Origin: Gammaproteobacteria bacterium
Lineage (GTDB): Bacteria; Pseudomonadota; Gammaproteobacteria; S012-40
Assembly: GCA_029884425.1 (NCBI GenBank)
Contig: JAOUHV010000007.1
Location: 11,358-75,357, forward strand
DNA length: 64,000 nt
Direction of reading: 5' to 3'
Part shown: piece by piece, positions 28,778-38,560 of the stretch
How the letters are laid out: each line of letters begins with the position of its first letter
How positions within the stretch are numbered: position 1 is the stretch's first letter
The notes under the pieces: generated by a model
The model's database searches: none
Seen by the model: only the letters and a program-made list of their open reading frames with translations
What the model was told of the DNA's origin: nothing
Translations under genes and position numbers: made by a program

Positions 28778-29394
28778 ACATTTGACACCAAAGAGGGGGC
28801 CATTTTTAATACTGTGTTGCCAAGTGCCTGCTTGAGGTCGCCAATGGAGAAAGGTCCAAAAGCAAATAGCAGGTAACCTGTAATATTACTGTGTTGCAGC
28901 GATAATTCGATGCCGACATTTAATAAAACTCCGTTTTTCACAGAGTCGTCTAGGAATTTCTCTGGTCCGTCATAGGTTAGTACGGGCATATCGATGTCAA
29001 AACTGGTTTTTAGATAATTGGAAATAGTACCAATGCAAGCGTTGATGATGACATTGCCAATTTCGGTGATAGCATCTTCGTGTAACGCAACCAGCATTTC
29101 ACGGGCAAAGTCTTGATTCAGCATCAGACGTACTAGTTCGTAGCTCTGCTCTTTAGGAAAAAAGAGCATGGAATTGGTATTGAAGAACCCTCTTACTTCC
29201 TGGCTAACACAGCACATCATGGATGTGTTATGCAGGTTTTGTATGAAACTCTGATGAGGTTCTAGGGTGATGCGGGGGATGCTGCTTTGCACGGGTTGTT
29301 TGGCGAGTATGGACAAGGACTTGGCGGCTCGCCCCATACCCAGGTTGAATAGCTCGGCAAGAAGATCCTGTTCTATCTCATTCAATTGCTGCAT
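28774..29394 (-). CDS. CheC family phosphatase
   Basis: Two ExxN motifs: AELFNLGMGRAA and TEIGNVIINAC. Confidence 0.88.
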   Translation of the reverse strand: MQQLNEIEQDLLAELFNLGMGRAAKSLSILAKQPVQSSIPRITLEPHQSFIQNLHNTSMMCCVSQEVRGFFNTNSMLFFPKEQSYELVRLMLNQDFAREMLVALHEDAITEIGNVIINACIGTISNYLKTSFDIDMPVLTYDGPEKFLDDSVKNGVLLNVGIELSLQHSNITGYLLFAFGPFSIGDLKQALGNTVLKMAPSLVSNV

Positions 29395-29761
29395 GGTTCA
29401 GCTCAAGTTTTTCTATGGCATTAATGACATTTCCAGCAGTAATTGGTTTGTGAATCCAGCTTACCCCCATGCTCTCCAGGGCTTCAGTTAGATTTTCTTG
29501 CAAATTGGCAGTAATAAAAATGAAGTCAGTGTCGGGATATTGGGCTTTGGCTGTTTGCAAGAAGGTAATGCCATTCATTTCCGGCATGTGAAAATCAACG
29601 GTAACACAATCGACAGGTTGTTCTTTCAGTATCGCTAGTGCCTCAAGCCCGGTTTCTGCGTGCAAGACTCTCCAATCTGGCCAGCGCGCTAAAATGATGG
29701 CTTCGAGCATGGTGCGGAGGACAAGGCTGTCATCGGTGATCAAGATCGTTTTTTGCATCAT
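29378..29761 (-). CDS. Single-domain response regulator (CheY-like)
   Basis: ILITDDS, VDFHMPEMNG, ITAN and KP motifs. Confidence 0.92.
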   Translation of the reverse strand: MMQKTILITDDSLVLRTMLEAIILARWPDWRVLHAETGLEALAILKEQPVDCVTVDFHMPEMNGITFLQTAKAQYPDTDFIFITANLQENLTEALESMGVSWIHKPITAGNVINAIEKLELNHAAIE

Positions 29762-29924
29762 GGGGTCCCTGTATTGTTGATCTGAACAATTGTGCCAATA
29801 TGCTAATCCTAAGCATCAAACTGCGGATGTGTCAGACGTGCTCCCAGCGCCAATAAATAGTCGCATAAGAAAAAAAACTTGTCATTACTTCTATTACATT
29901 TGATTTTGTGTGGTATGGCTTATC

Positions 29925-31814
29925 CTACTCAAGTGCTTCGCTGATTTCCAACCATTGATTTTCCAATTCTGAAACTTCCTGTAGTAACTGGTTTTGTTCC
30001 GCGAGTGTGGTTTTCAGCCGGTTTTTATTGGCGCTGTCGTAGATTTCTGGTTGCGCGAGCTGTTGCTCCAGTTCCAGTTTCTTTTGTTGCAGCTTGCTTA
30101 ATTTTTGTTCAATCGCGCGTAGTTTGTCTCTGAGCGGCTTTTGCTTTTGCCGTTGTTCAGCATCCTGGCGCTTCTGTTCTTTGCGTGCGGCGGCACTGTT
30201 GCTGCCCGCCGCTGGTGAGGTTGAGTCGGTATTGGCTTGACGATTTTGGCTCTGCAGCAGCTTGTGGTAATCGTCCAGATCTCCCTCAAAAGCCTGGGCG
30301 CGGCCATCGGCGACCAGGATAAAGCTGTCGGTGAGAGTGCGCAGCAAATGTCGGTCGTGCGATACGATGAGCATCGCTCCTTCGAATTCTTGTAAAGCCA
30401 CATTAAGGGCGTGACGCATCTCCAGATCGAGGTGATTGGTAGGCTCGTCCAGCAGCAACAGATTGGGGCGTTGGTAGACCAGCAGTGCCAGCGCGAGACG
30501 GGCTTTCTCACCGCCGGATAATGGCGCGATTGGCTCGGACACTTTGTCGCCAATAAAGTCAAAGCCACCGAGGAAATTGCGCAAATCTTGTTCTCTCGCC
30601 TGCGAGTCAATTTGTTGCAGGTGCCACAGCGGTGTTTGATCGGCACGAAGTTGTTCGAGCTGATGCTGGGCGAAATAACCAATCTTCAGATCTTGTGCGC
30701 GAATGATGTTGCCACTGATGGCGGCCAAATCACCGGCGATGGTTTTGATCAATGTAGATTTTCCCGCACCATTGGCACCGAGCAGTCCCAGATGATCGCC
30801 GGGTTGAATCGTGAGATTGAGCGTATTGATCAGCGCCGGTTGGTTCGCATAGCCAACGCAAACCTGGTCCAGTCGCAGTAATGGCTGCGGCAGTTTGATG
30901 GGTTCGCGAAATGCAAAATGAAAGGGTGAATCCACATGGGCTGCAGCGATGAGCTCCATGCGGGCCAGCGCTTTCAAGCGGCTTTGTCCCTGTTTGGCTT
31001 TGGTGGCTTTGGCACCAAAGCGGCGCACGAAATTTTGAATGTGGGCAATTTCTTTTTGTTGTTTTTCATGTGCCGATTGTTGCTGCGCCAGTCGGGTGGC
31101 TCGGGTTTGTTCAAACGCGCTGTAATTGCCGGTGTATAGCGTGATTTGCTGCTGTTCAATGTGCGCGATGTGACTGCAAAGGCTATCAAGAAAATCGCGG
31201 TCATGTGAAATCAGCAGCAGCGTGCCAGGATATTGTTTCAGCCAGGTCTCCAGCCACATGACCGCATCAAGGTCCAGGTGGTTGGTGGGTTCGTCGAGCA
31301 ACAAAATATCAGAACGGCACATGAGCGCCTGCGCCAGATTTAATCGCATTCGCCAGCCACCGGAAAAAGCACGCGTGGGTTGCGACAGTTGCGCGTTGTT
31401 AAATCCTAAACCATGAAGTAACTGCGCCGCGCGGCTATCGGCGGTGTAGCCGTCAATATTTTCCAGTTGCTGATAGAGCAGGGCGACCGTCGAGGCATTG
31501 CCGTGTTGTTCGGCATCACGAATTTGTTGACGCAACTTTACCAATTCGGTATCGCCCATAAGCACGTAATCCAGGGCAGTAAAGTCCGTGGCCGGCGTTT
31601 CCTGCGCTACATGCGCGATACTCAATCCGGTGGGCAAGGTCAATTCGCCGGAGTCCGGCTCAAGTTTGCCTAAAACCAGTGAGAACAGGCTGGACTTACC
31701 CGTACCATTGGCGCCGGTAACACCGACATGGTAACCCTTGTGGATGACGAGGCTGGTTTTATCCAGCAGCAGCTTGGTGCCGCGACGCAGCGATAGTTGG
31801 TTTAGTGAAATCAT
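29925..31814 (-). CDS. yheS: ABC-F family ATPase, YheS-like
   Basis: Two ABC domains (GANGTGKS, FSGGWRMRL, LDEPTNHLD; GANGAGKS, LSGGEKARL), no TM, C-terminal coiled coil. Confidence 0.88.
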   Translation of the reverse strand: MISLNQLSLRRGTKLLLDKTSLVIHKGYHVGVTGANGTGKSSLFSLVLGKLEPDSGELTLPTGLSIAHVAQETPATDFTALDYVLMGDTELVKLRQQIRDAEQHGNASTVALLYQQLENIDGYTADSRAAQLLHGLGFNNAQLSQPTRAFSGGWRMRLNLAQALMCRSDILLLDEPTNHLDLDAVMWLETWLKQYPGTLLLISHDRDFLDSLCSHIAHIEQQQITLYTGNYSAFEQTRATRLAQQQSAHEKQQKEIAHIQNFVRRFGAKATKAKQGQSRLKALARMELIAAAHVDSPFHFAFREPIKLPQPLLRLDQVCVGYANQPALINTLNLTIQPGDHLGLLGANGAGKSTLIKTIAGDLAAISGNIIRAQDLKIGYFAQHQLEQLRADQTPLWHLQQIDSQAREQDLRNFLGGFDFIGDKVSEPIAPLSGGEKARLALALLVYQRPNLLLLDEPTNHLDLEMRHALNVALQEFEGAMLIVSHDRHLLRTLTDSFILVADGRAQAFEGDLDDYHKLLQSQNRQANTDSTSPAAGSNSAAARKEQKRQDAEQRQKQKPLRDKLRAIEQKLSKLQQKKLELEQQLAQPEIYDSANKNRLKTTLAEQNQLLQEVSELENQWLEISEALE

Positions 31815-31853
31815 GGGCGGATTTTACCAGCGCCCGACGACGATCACTAGGGG

Positions 31854-33587
31854 CTATGAGGCTTTGCGTAATACTTGGTTGGGTTGAGAGGTTGCAATGG
31901 AATCCAGAGTGGGCAGGTAAATGCGGAATGTCGTGCCCACATTGGGTGTGCTTTCAACGGCAATGTGACCGTTATGGCTGTGAACAATGCCGTGAACAGT
32001 GGAAAGTCCCATGCCGGTACCTTTGCCAATTTCCTTGGTGGAAATGAATGGCTCAAAAATGTGCTCCATCAGTTCGGGCTTGATGCCGTGGCCAGTATCG
32101 CTAATGCTCAACTCGATGTATTCACCGCCAAAGGGGGTATGGCAGGCCTGGCAATATCCTCCCTGATGCCGAACCTGGGCCAGTGCGATGTGCATTCTGC
32201 CTTTGTTATCCATGGCATCCCGGGCATTGATGCACAGATTCATGATGACCTGGTGGAATTGCACCGGATTGGCTTTTACGAACAAAGGAATGTCGTCCAT
32301 CTCAAAATCGATTTCTATGCTGCTAGGGATGACAGGACGCAACATGTCCACGACTTCTACTAGCAGTTTGTTGAGATTGAGTTCATCGAGTTTTTGTTCC
32401 TGGTTTCGACTAAAAGACAGCAGTTGCGCAATCAGATCTTTGGCTCTCAGTCCGGATTCGAGAATCTGCTTGTGATAAAAATCCAGTTTTTTGTCCTGGA
32501 AAACCTGGGATTTTTGGATGGTCAATTGAGAGTAGCCGATGATGCTGGTGAGAATATTGTTGAAGTCATGGGCAATTCCACCAGTGAGGTGGCCGATGGA
32601 TTCCATTTTTTGCGCTTGTTGAAGTTTTATGTAAAGTTCGGTCCGTTCTTTTTCTGCCGCAAGTCGTTCAGAAAGATTTCTGCCAACACAGACGAATGAT
32701 TTTTCATTATGATTGCCAACAGATACCAGTGTGATGTTGTAGGGGATGCTGGAGTCATTACTGCTGAGCATAGTGTCGTGTCGGGTTCTTCCTAATGTTT
32801 TTGCTCGCGATACAACGTTTTCAAAAATGGCGGAATCCGTAGGTGTCAGGAGGTCTCGAATGTTGACTTTTTTAACTGAGCCGCTGGTATTGATAAATTT
32901 ATTGAAAGCAAGATTACCCCATAACACGTCGCCTGCATGGTTGATCTTGAAAACCAGGTCGGGGATAGTATTGATAATCACATGATCATCAGTTCTGGCC
33001 GTACTTGATTTGGATGTTGGGTTGAAGTTCTCAATATAATTTTCATTGGGTATGGATGTTTCTGCAGATGCCCTGATGTTCCAGAGCATGAGTGCGCAAA
33101 ATCCAAAAACTCCACAGACCATTACGATGGATGATGGAGTTGCTATGGATGCTAGCCAAGCCATGATTGGTAGAAGTCCACTGACCAAGGTAATGGAAGA
33201 TACATTTTTTATATTACGGGTTTGCATTGTCATCACAGACACTGCAGACAGTGAAACCAGTAATGAAACTTCAGTTGTCAATGTGATCTGTGCAGGGTAG
33301 ATGGTCCAGATAAGTCCTCCCCAAAGAGATGAAATAACGGTGTAACTGATGGGCCACACCCGATTGTAGTAATTCGAAACTTCAGGATTATTTTTTCTTC
33401 CATGATGATTAATAATGAGATGCTGTAGGGAGGCAATGGCTAACAGGGAAACCCAGGCTGTTGCCTCTTGAACAAGTTCGTTATTAAGCAGCCAGCTAAA
33501 GGCAAATAGTGCAAAGATTGTATTTATGGCCAGGAATCGACTCTGGCCAAGAGTGATAGGTCGCAGTTCATTGCTTGTTGGGTCCAT
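31854..33587 (-). CDS. Membrane histidine kinase (multi-TM N-terminus, PAS, HisKA, HATPase; no receiver)
   Basis: Hydrophobic N-terminus, PAS, GGIAHDFNN, NARDAM, DTGHG and GTGMGL; start uncertain. Confidence 0.9.
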   Translation of the reverse strand: MDPTSNELRPITLGQSRFLAINTIFALFAFSWLLNNELVQEATAWVSLLAIASLQHLIINHHGRKNNPEVSNYYNRVWPISYTVISSLWGGLIWTIYPAQITLTTEVSLLVSLSAVSVMTMQTRNIKNVSSITLVSGLLPIMAWLASIATPSSIVMVCGVFGFCALMLWNIRASAETSIPNENYIENFNPTSKSSTARTDDHVIINTIPDLVFKINHAGDVLWGNLAFNKFINTSGSVKKVNIRDLLTPTDSAIFENVVSRAKTLGRTRHDTMLSSNDSSIPYNITLVSVGNHNEKSFVCVGRNLSERLAAEKERTELYIKLQQAQKMESIGHLTGGIAHDFNNILTSIIGYSQLTIQKSQVFQDKKLDFYHKQILESGLRAKDLIAQLLSFSRNQEQKLDELNLNKLLVEVVDMLRPVIPSSIEIDFEMDDIPLFVKANPVQFHQVIMNLCINARDAMDNKGRMHIALAQVRHQGGYCQACHTPFGGEYIELSISDTGHGIKPELMEHIFEPFISTKEIGKGTGMGLSTVHGIVHSHNGHIAVESTPNVGTTFRIYLPTLDSIATSQPNQVLRKAS

Positions 33588-33792
33588 AGGAAACCTCTGC
33601 TGGGCATGCCTGCCTTCTTGGCGGCATAACAGAAGAAGTATCGGCTTGTATAAATCCAGCATAATGACGAAGGCCATAAAGGCGATCGACTGATACAAAA
33701 ATATACAAAGCTGGAATTAAATCTGCGGTTTTACGGAGTGAAAAAATTGTGGAAGTTAAGGTTTTAGCTGCGAGGAAAATTTTTATGCAAGA

Positions 33793-34284
33793 TCAATATC
33801 GAATTTCAACAATAATAAAATGAATAATTCCGCTGGGCGTTTGCACGCTGACTTCGTCATCCAACATTTTTTTTAGCAGGGCTTTTGCCATGGGGGAATC
33901 CAGGCTGATGTTTTCTTCGGCGCGATCAATTTCATCGCTGCCGACAATGCGATAGGTTTTTTCCTCGCCTTGCTGATCTTCCAGCGTAACCCACGCGCCA
34001 AAAAATACCTGCTGGGTGTTGTCCGGTTGGCGGTCGACGATGGTTAATTCGGGCATGCGCTTTTGCAGATAGCGAATGCGGCGATCAATTTCGCGTAATT
34101 CTTTTTTGCGATAAATGTATTCGGCGTTTTCTGAGCGATCACCTTCGGCAGCGGCGGCGGCCAGGGCTTTGGTCACTTCGGTGCGGCGTTGCCAGAGTTG
34201 TTTGGCTTCTTGCTCCAGCGCAAGATAGCCGTCGCGAGTGATGTAGGGCGAGGCTTTGGGTTGTGGTGGGCGGTAGCGTGACAT
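33793..34284 (-). CDS. greB: Transcription elongation factor GreB
   Basis: AAAEGDRSENAEYIYRKKELREIDRRIRYL motif. Confidence 0.95.
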   Translation of the reverse strand: MSRYRPPQPKASPYITRDGYLALEQEAKQLWQRRTEVTKALAAAAAEGDRSENAEYIYRKKELREIDRRIRYLQKRMPELTIVDRQPDNTQQVFFGAWVTLEDQQGEEKTYRIVGSDEIDRAEENISLDSPMAKALLKKMLDDEVSVQTPSGIIHFIIVEIRY

Positions 34285-34292
34285 AGTGCTGC

Positions 34293-35804
34293 TCAGTTCA
34301 GGTGTCGGCTTTGGCGTTGTAATGTGCCAGCGCTTTTTTTGTTTTTAATGTTGTTTTGCAGTGACTCACCGAAAGGTGCCAGGCCTTTTTCACCGCTGTT
34401 GGCATAATCCTGCAGCATCGCTGGCAAGACAACGTCTGCGGATAAATTGAGTGATTCGGTGAGCCCTTGATAGACAAGGGTGAACAATCGTTTCAAGCTG
34501 ATTTTATGCGTTTGCTCGCTGGTGGCAAACAGCCAGTCTGCGAGTTGCATGAAGCGTTCGAACGGCGCATCACCCAGGATGATGGGTTTGACACACGAAA
34601 ACCGGCCTGAATTGGCGATCATGTCCCAATAGCGCGCAAAGCGGTTGAGGCGCTGCATCGTGGCAAAATTCATGTCCCTGGTTGCCAGAATATTGTAGGG
34701 CGGACTGGGATTAAATTTTAATGCAAATTCCTGGGTGTGGCGGATCAGCGGTGTACCGCGCAGTCGTTTCAAAATGCCGACCTGAATTTCGTGCGGGTTG
34801 AGTCCGGCGAGCAAATCAAAACTTTTCGCAAAACTTTGCAACGTTTCTCCAGGAAGGCCGGCGATCAGGTCGGTATGCAAATGTGCCTGGGTGTGATTGC
34901 GCAGCCAGCGGATATTTTCCATGGACATGGAGTTGTCCTGACGGCGGCTGATCAACTGCTGCACGTTGGGATCAAAGCTCTGAATGCCTATTTCAAATTG
35001 CAGACTGCCTTCGGGGAAGCGGGCGATGACTTCTTTCAGTGCTTCCGGCAGATGATCGGGAATGAGTTCAAAATGCAGAAACACGCCTTGATCAATCCGC
35101 TGCAGAAAAAATTCCATGATGCGGATGCTGGCAGCGATTTTGAGATTAAAGGTGCGATCGACAAATTTAAAATGCCGTGCGCCGCGCTCAAACAACTGTT
35201 CCATTTCGCGCAGAAATAAATCCAGGTCGAACGGTTTGGCGGTTTTGTCCAATGCGGACAGACAGAATTCACATTTGAACGGGCAACCACGCGATGCCTC
35301 GACGTAGATGATGCGGTGGGCAATGTCCTCATCCGAATACAGCGCGTAGGGTAAGGCCAGGGTGTCCAGCGCCGCAGGCAGCGCGTGCTGGATTTTTTGC
35401 GTGGGCGGATTGTTCTCCAGCAAAATCGCTTCACAGACTTCGCGGAATAAATGGTCTGCGGCACCGCACAGCACGTAATCGGCATAACGAAATATGGTTT
35501 GCTGCTCGGTCTCAAAACTGATTTCGGGTCCCCCCAGAATCAACTGGATATCGGGGCGAACTTGCTTGAGCATGCCGGCAACCTGGGTGGTCAGCTCAAT
35601 ATTCCATATATAGGTGCCCAGGCCAATGATCTTGGGATTTAACGCCAGCAGGGCTTCGACGATGTCGGTGGGCTGTTGCTGGATGGTGAACTCGCGGATG
35701 CAGCAGTCATTGCTGAGTGCGCCCAGATTGGCGTGCAGGTAGCGTAACCCCATGGCGGTGTGGATGTAGCGGGCGTTAAACGTACTCAGGACAATGGCGG
35801 GCAT
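34293..35804 (-). CDS. B12-binding radical SAM protein (DUF4080-type C-terminus)
   Basis: NARYIHT, GGPE and EASRGCPFKCEFCLS (CxxxCxxC) motifs. Confidence 0.9.
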   Translation of the reverse strand: MPAIVLSTFNARYIHTAMGLRYLHANLGALSNDCCIREFTIQQQPTDIVEALLALNPKIIGLGTYIWNIELTTQVAGMLKQVRPDIQLILGGPEISFETEQQTIFRYADYVLCGAADHLFREVCEAILLENNPPTQKIQHALPAALDTLALPYALYSDEDIAHRIIYVEASRGCPFKCEFCLSALDKTAKPFDLDLFLREMEQLFERGARHFKFVDRTFNLKIAASIRIMEFFLQRIDQGVFLHFELIPDHLPEALKEVIARFPEGSLQFEIGIQSFDPNVQQLISRRQDNSMSMENIRWLRNHTQAHLHTDLIAGLPGETLQSFAKSFDLLAGLNPHEIQVGILKRLRGTPLIRHTQEFALKFNPSPPYNILATRDMNFATMQRLNRFARYWDMIANSGRFSCVKPIILGDAPFERFMQLADWLFATSEQTHKISLKRLFTLVYQGLTESLNLSADVVLPAMLQDYANSGEKGLAPFGESLQNNIKNKKSAGTLQRQSRHLN

Positions 35805-35908
35805 CAGGTTTGGTCGGCGTTAAGGTGGCCACGGATTATATGTCATGCAGCCGCCGGCTGTCATGGCGTTGGCTCATGCTATACTTTCGCCCCGAAATTG
35901 GGGGAGAT

Positions 35909-36850
35909 ATGGAACTAACGCTGGGATTAAGCAGTTGTTTGGCTGGAAATGCGGTTCGCTACGACGGCGATGACAGCTACAACCCAAAGATCATGCGGGA
36001 AATAGGCGAGTGGGCGACGTTCGAGGTCATTTGCCCGGAAATGGCGATTGGCCTGGGTGTACCACGCAAGCCTATCCAATTGCGTCGCCACGGTGAAGAT
36101 GTTCGCGTCCAGGGGGTCGATAATCCCCAGCTTGATGTGACCGACGCGCTGCTGGATTTTGCCCGGCAGATCAGTACGCGTTGCGATCAGTGGAGTGGCT
36201 ATATCCTGAAAAAGGGTTCGCCCAGTTGCGGGATGCATGGCGTGCGCATCATGGATGCCAGTGGTCAGCAACAACTGGAGTCCGGGCAGGGTAAATTTGC
36301 CCAGCATCTACAGCAACTTTGCCCGACCTTGCCGATGATCGACGAATGGCAACTGGCCGATTCGCAGCAATATGACCAATTTATCCAGCGTGTCTTGGCC
36401 CGTTGGCAATGGCTGAAATGGATTCGCACTTCGCCGGATTTGGCGGCGTTGCGCCAATTTCACCAGCGTTTTGCGCTGAGCCTGCTGTTGCGCGATCCAC
36501 AGGCGAAATACGATTTGGATGCCTGGCTTGATGAGCGGGAATCGCTGGGCGAGTCGGATCTCGCGCAATATTTTTTGTTGTTTATGACAGCGTTGAATGG
36601 ACAGGCTGATGTGTTGCAGCGCAGCCTAGCGTTGAACGTCTACGCGCAACCGCTGGCATCTGAGATTGAGGCCGCCGATTGGGCTGCCTTGCAGGAATTG
36701 TTGAGCGAGTACGGCGCAGGCATTGTGCCATTGAGCTTTGTGCTGGGAGCACTTCGGCAGTTGGTGGTGAAGCATCAATTGGCGTTGTGGCAAGACTGTG
36801 TGTGCTTATTTCCGGACGGTGTGGAACAGCGTCTACGTTATCCTGTGTAA
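35909..36850 (+). CDS. DUF523 (2-thiouracil desulfurase-like) plus DUF1722-like domain protein
   Basis: SSCLAGNAVRYDG, CPEMAIGLGVPR and SPSCG Fe-S motifs. Confidence 0.85.
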   Translation: MELTLGLSSCLAGNAVRYDGDDSYNPKIMREIGEWATFEVICPEMAIGLGVPRKPIQLRRHGEDVRVQGVDNPQLDVTDALLDFARQISTRCDQWSGYILKKGSPSCGMHGVRIMDASGQQQLESGQGKFAQHLQQLCPTLPMIDEWQLADSQQYDQFIQRVLARWQWLKWIRTSPDLAALRQFHQRFALSLLLRDPQAKYDLDAWLDERESLGESDLAQYFLLFMTALNGQADVLQRSLALNVYAQPLASEIEAADWAALQELLSEYGAGIVPLSFVLGALRQLVVKHQLALWQDCVCLFPDGVEQRLRYPV

Positions 36851-36865
36851 TGGTGAGGAACGATC

Positions 36866-37174
36866 ATGAGTGATCATCAGCAATTAGTGCGACAAGAATT
36901 GAATGAACAAACAGCCAAAATTGGCTGGAAAGAATTAGAGCGCCATTTTGCGCGTGGTGTGCTGGTGAAGGTGGCGGCAGAACTGGATCTGGTCGTCGTC
37001 GGCGAAGCGATGGTGCGTGATGACGCCAAACAGCTTGGAGTCTGGGCCAGTGCAGGCAAAGTGGTACGCGCCAGTGAAGAAGATGCGCGCCGCTGGGTGG
37101 ATAACGACACGGTATTTTGGGCTGTCGTCGTAGCACCTTGGGTGTTGGTGCAGGAAGTTTACGAAGCTGATTAA
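36866..37174 (+). CDS. DUF2288 family protein
   Basis: WKELERHFARG and WAVVVAPWVLVQ motifs. Confidence 0.88.
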   Translation: MSDHQQLVRQELNEQTAKIGWKELERHFARGVLVKVAAELDLVVVGEAMVRDDAKQLGVWASAGKVVRASEEDARRWVDNDTVFWAVVVAPWVLVQEVYEAD

Positions 37175-37406
37175 GATTGATTGTGTATTGGTAGAAATGT
37201 GCGGATGACTGGCGCTGGCGTGTCTGGTGAACTATGCTGCGTGGTGTGTGTTTAAATAGACTGATGGGCGATGATCGATTGGTATGTTCGCCGTTGCGCA
37301 AAAAATGTACATTGTGATTAAAGTAATTGCGCAATAACCACGATAATAGCCCTGGTGATCAACACGACAATTTTAATTTCACAGGCATGTTGGAGGATGG
37401 ATTTCA

Positions 37407-37931
37407 ATGAATGGCAAGCTGAAAAGTTCTACCTATAAAGGGATGTTGGCTGCGCTGGTGCTGACGGTCAGTGCCCCGATGGCCATGGCGGCTCAAGGCT
37501 GGGGAGCCGAAGGCGGTAAGGGGGGCGGCCATCATTCGGCGCATAAGTCTGGTGGCGGTGATTGGGATAACAAAGGTGGAATGGAGTCTGAAGGCCACAT
37601 GACCATGCGTTTGCGTATGGTGTGGAATCTGGATTTGAACGACAGACAGAAAAAAGAAATTCGTGCTATTACTCGCGAATTGCGCGAGAAAACTCAGGGT
37701 CTTGATGACAAGATTGAAGACACCTCTGACGAACTGTTTACCCTGTACGGTGGTAAGGTGCGTAACCCTCAGGAGATCGGAAAGGTTTACGCCAAAATCT
37801 TTGATTATCGTCGCCAAATTATTGAACTGTCTATCGATGCGGGCAACCGTGTTGAAGCCATTTTGACACCCGAACAACGCCAGGCGATGCACAAGTACAT
37901 GCCTAAGCCACGTTGGGGTTCTTCCTGGTAA
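37407..37931 (+). CDS. Spy/CpxP family periplasmic protein
   Basis: Signal peptide, Gly/His/Met-rich linker, LDLNDRQ and ILTPEQ (LTxxQ) motifs; GGAGG RBS. Confidence 0.8.
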   Translation: MNGKLKSSTYKGMLAALVLTVSAPMAMAAQGWGAEGGKGGGHHSAHKSGGGDWDNKGGMESEGHMTMRLRMVWNLDLNDRQKKEIRAITRELREKTQGLDDKIEDTSDELFTLYGGKVRNPQEIGKVYAKIFDYRRQIIELSIDAGNRVEAILTPEQRQAMHKYMPKPRWGSSW

Positions 37932-37957
37932 TAAGCGTTCAGTGAACGATCGATCTG

Positions 37958-37986
37958 AAAAGCCGGTGCATACACCGGCTTTTTTG
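37958..37986. terminator. Intrinsic terminator
   Basis: AAAAGCCGGTG-cata-CACCGGCTTTTTT. Confidence 0.85.
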
Positions 37987-37994
37987 TTCGTGAA

Positions 37995-38417
37995 TTATGA
38001 GGCGACAGATTGTCGTGGCTGAATGACGCTGTCAGTGGCAACCTGATACCTCGCCCAGTCGATGGCTTGCGGCAGGGTGAAAAATACACGGCATTCAAAT
38101 GCAAGATCAACAGTTTGTTGGATGTAAATATTGGCTAGCGCGAGCATGGCCGGATTGTTCGGTGGAATAATTAGCGCAATGCGTAGCTGCGATTTGGTTT
38201 TGGCCAGAACCCGGTTGGCAGTGCTGATGGCCTCCACATGCACCTCATCGAGATTATGAGCGATGACTTGGCGATAATCGTTAATGATGTAATCAGCTTT
38301 GGTGTAGCGCAGATCCTGATGTAGATTGAAACTGCATTTGACATATTCATCGCCACTAACAAATCCGGAAAAGCACCGATAGGCTCCATCATTAAACCAC
38401 TGTATCGAATAGGTCAT
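37995..38417 (-). CDS. Hypothetical protein, possibly SpoIIAA/STAS-like fold
   Basis: Clean ORF filling the gap; pattern FSGFVSGDE...INDYR...RIALI...RVFFTLPQAIDW. Confidence 0.65.
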   Translation of the reverse strand: MTYSIQWFNDGAYRCFSGFVSGDEYVKCSFNLHQDLRYTKADYIINDYRQVIAHNLDEVHVEAISTANRVLAKTKSQLRIALIIPPNNPAMLALANIYIQQTVDLAFECRVFFTLPQAIDWARYQVATDSVIQPRQSVAS

Positions 38418-38560
38418 AGATATCATCAAATAAAACGGTACAGTTATTCTATGCTTACTTTATGGAAATTTTCTATGGGAATTATGCAGAGAATTTCATA
38501 TTTAATTTATCTGTGCTGTCGATAATAGACGACAAGATTTGCCAATACGGAGGCTGACAC

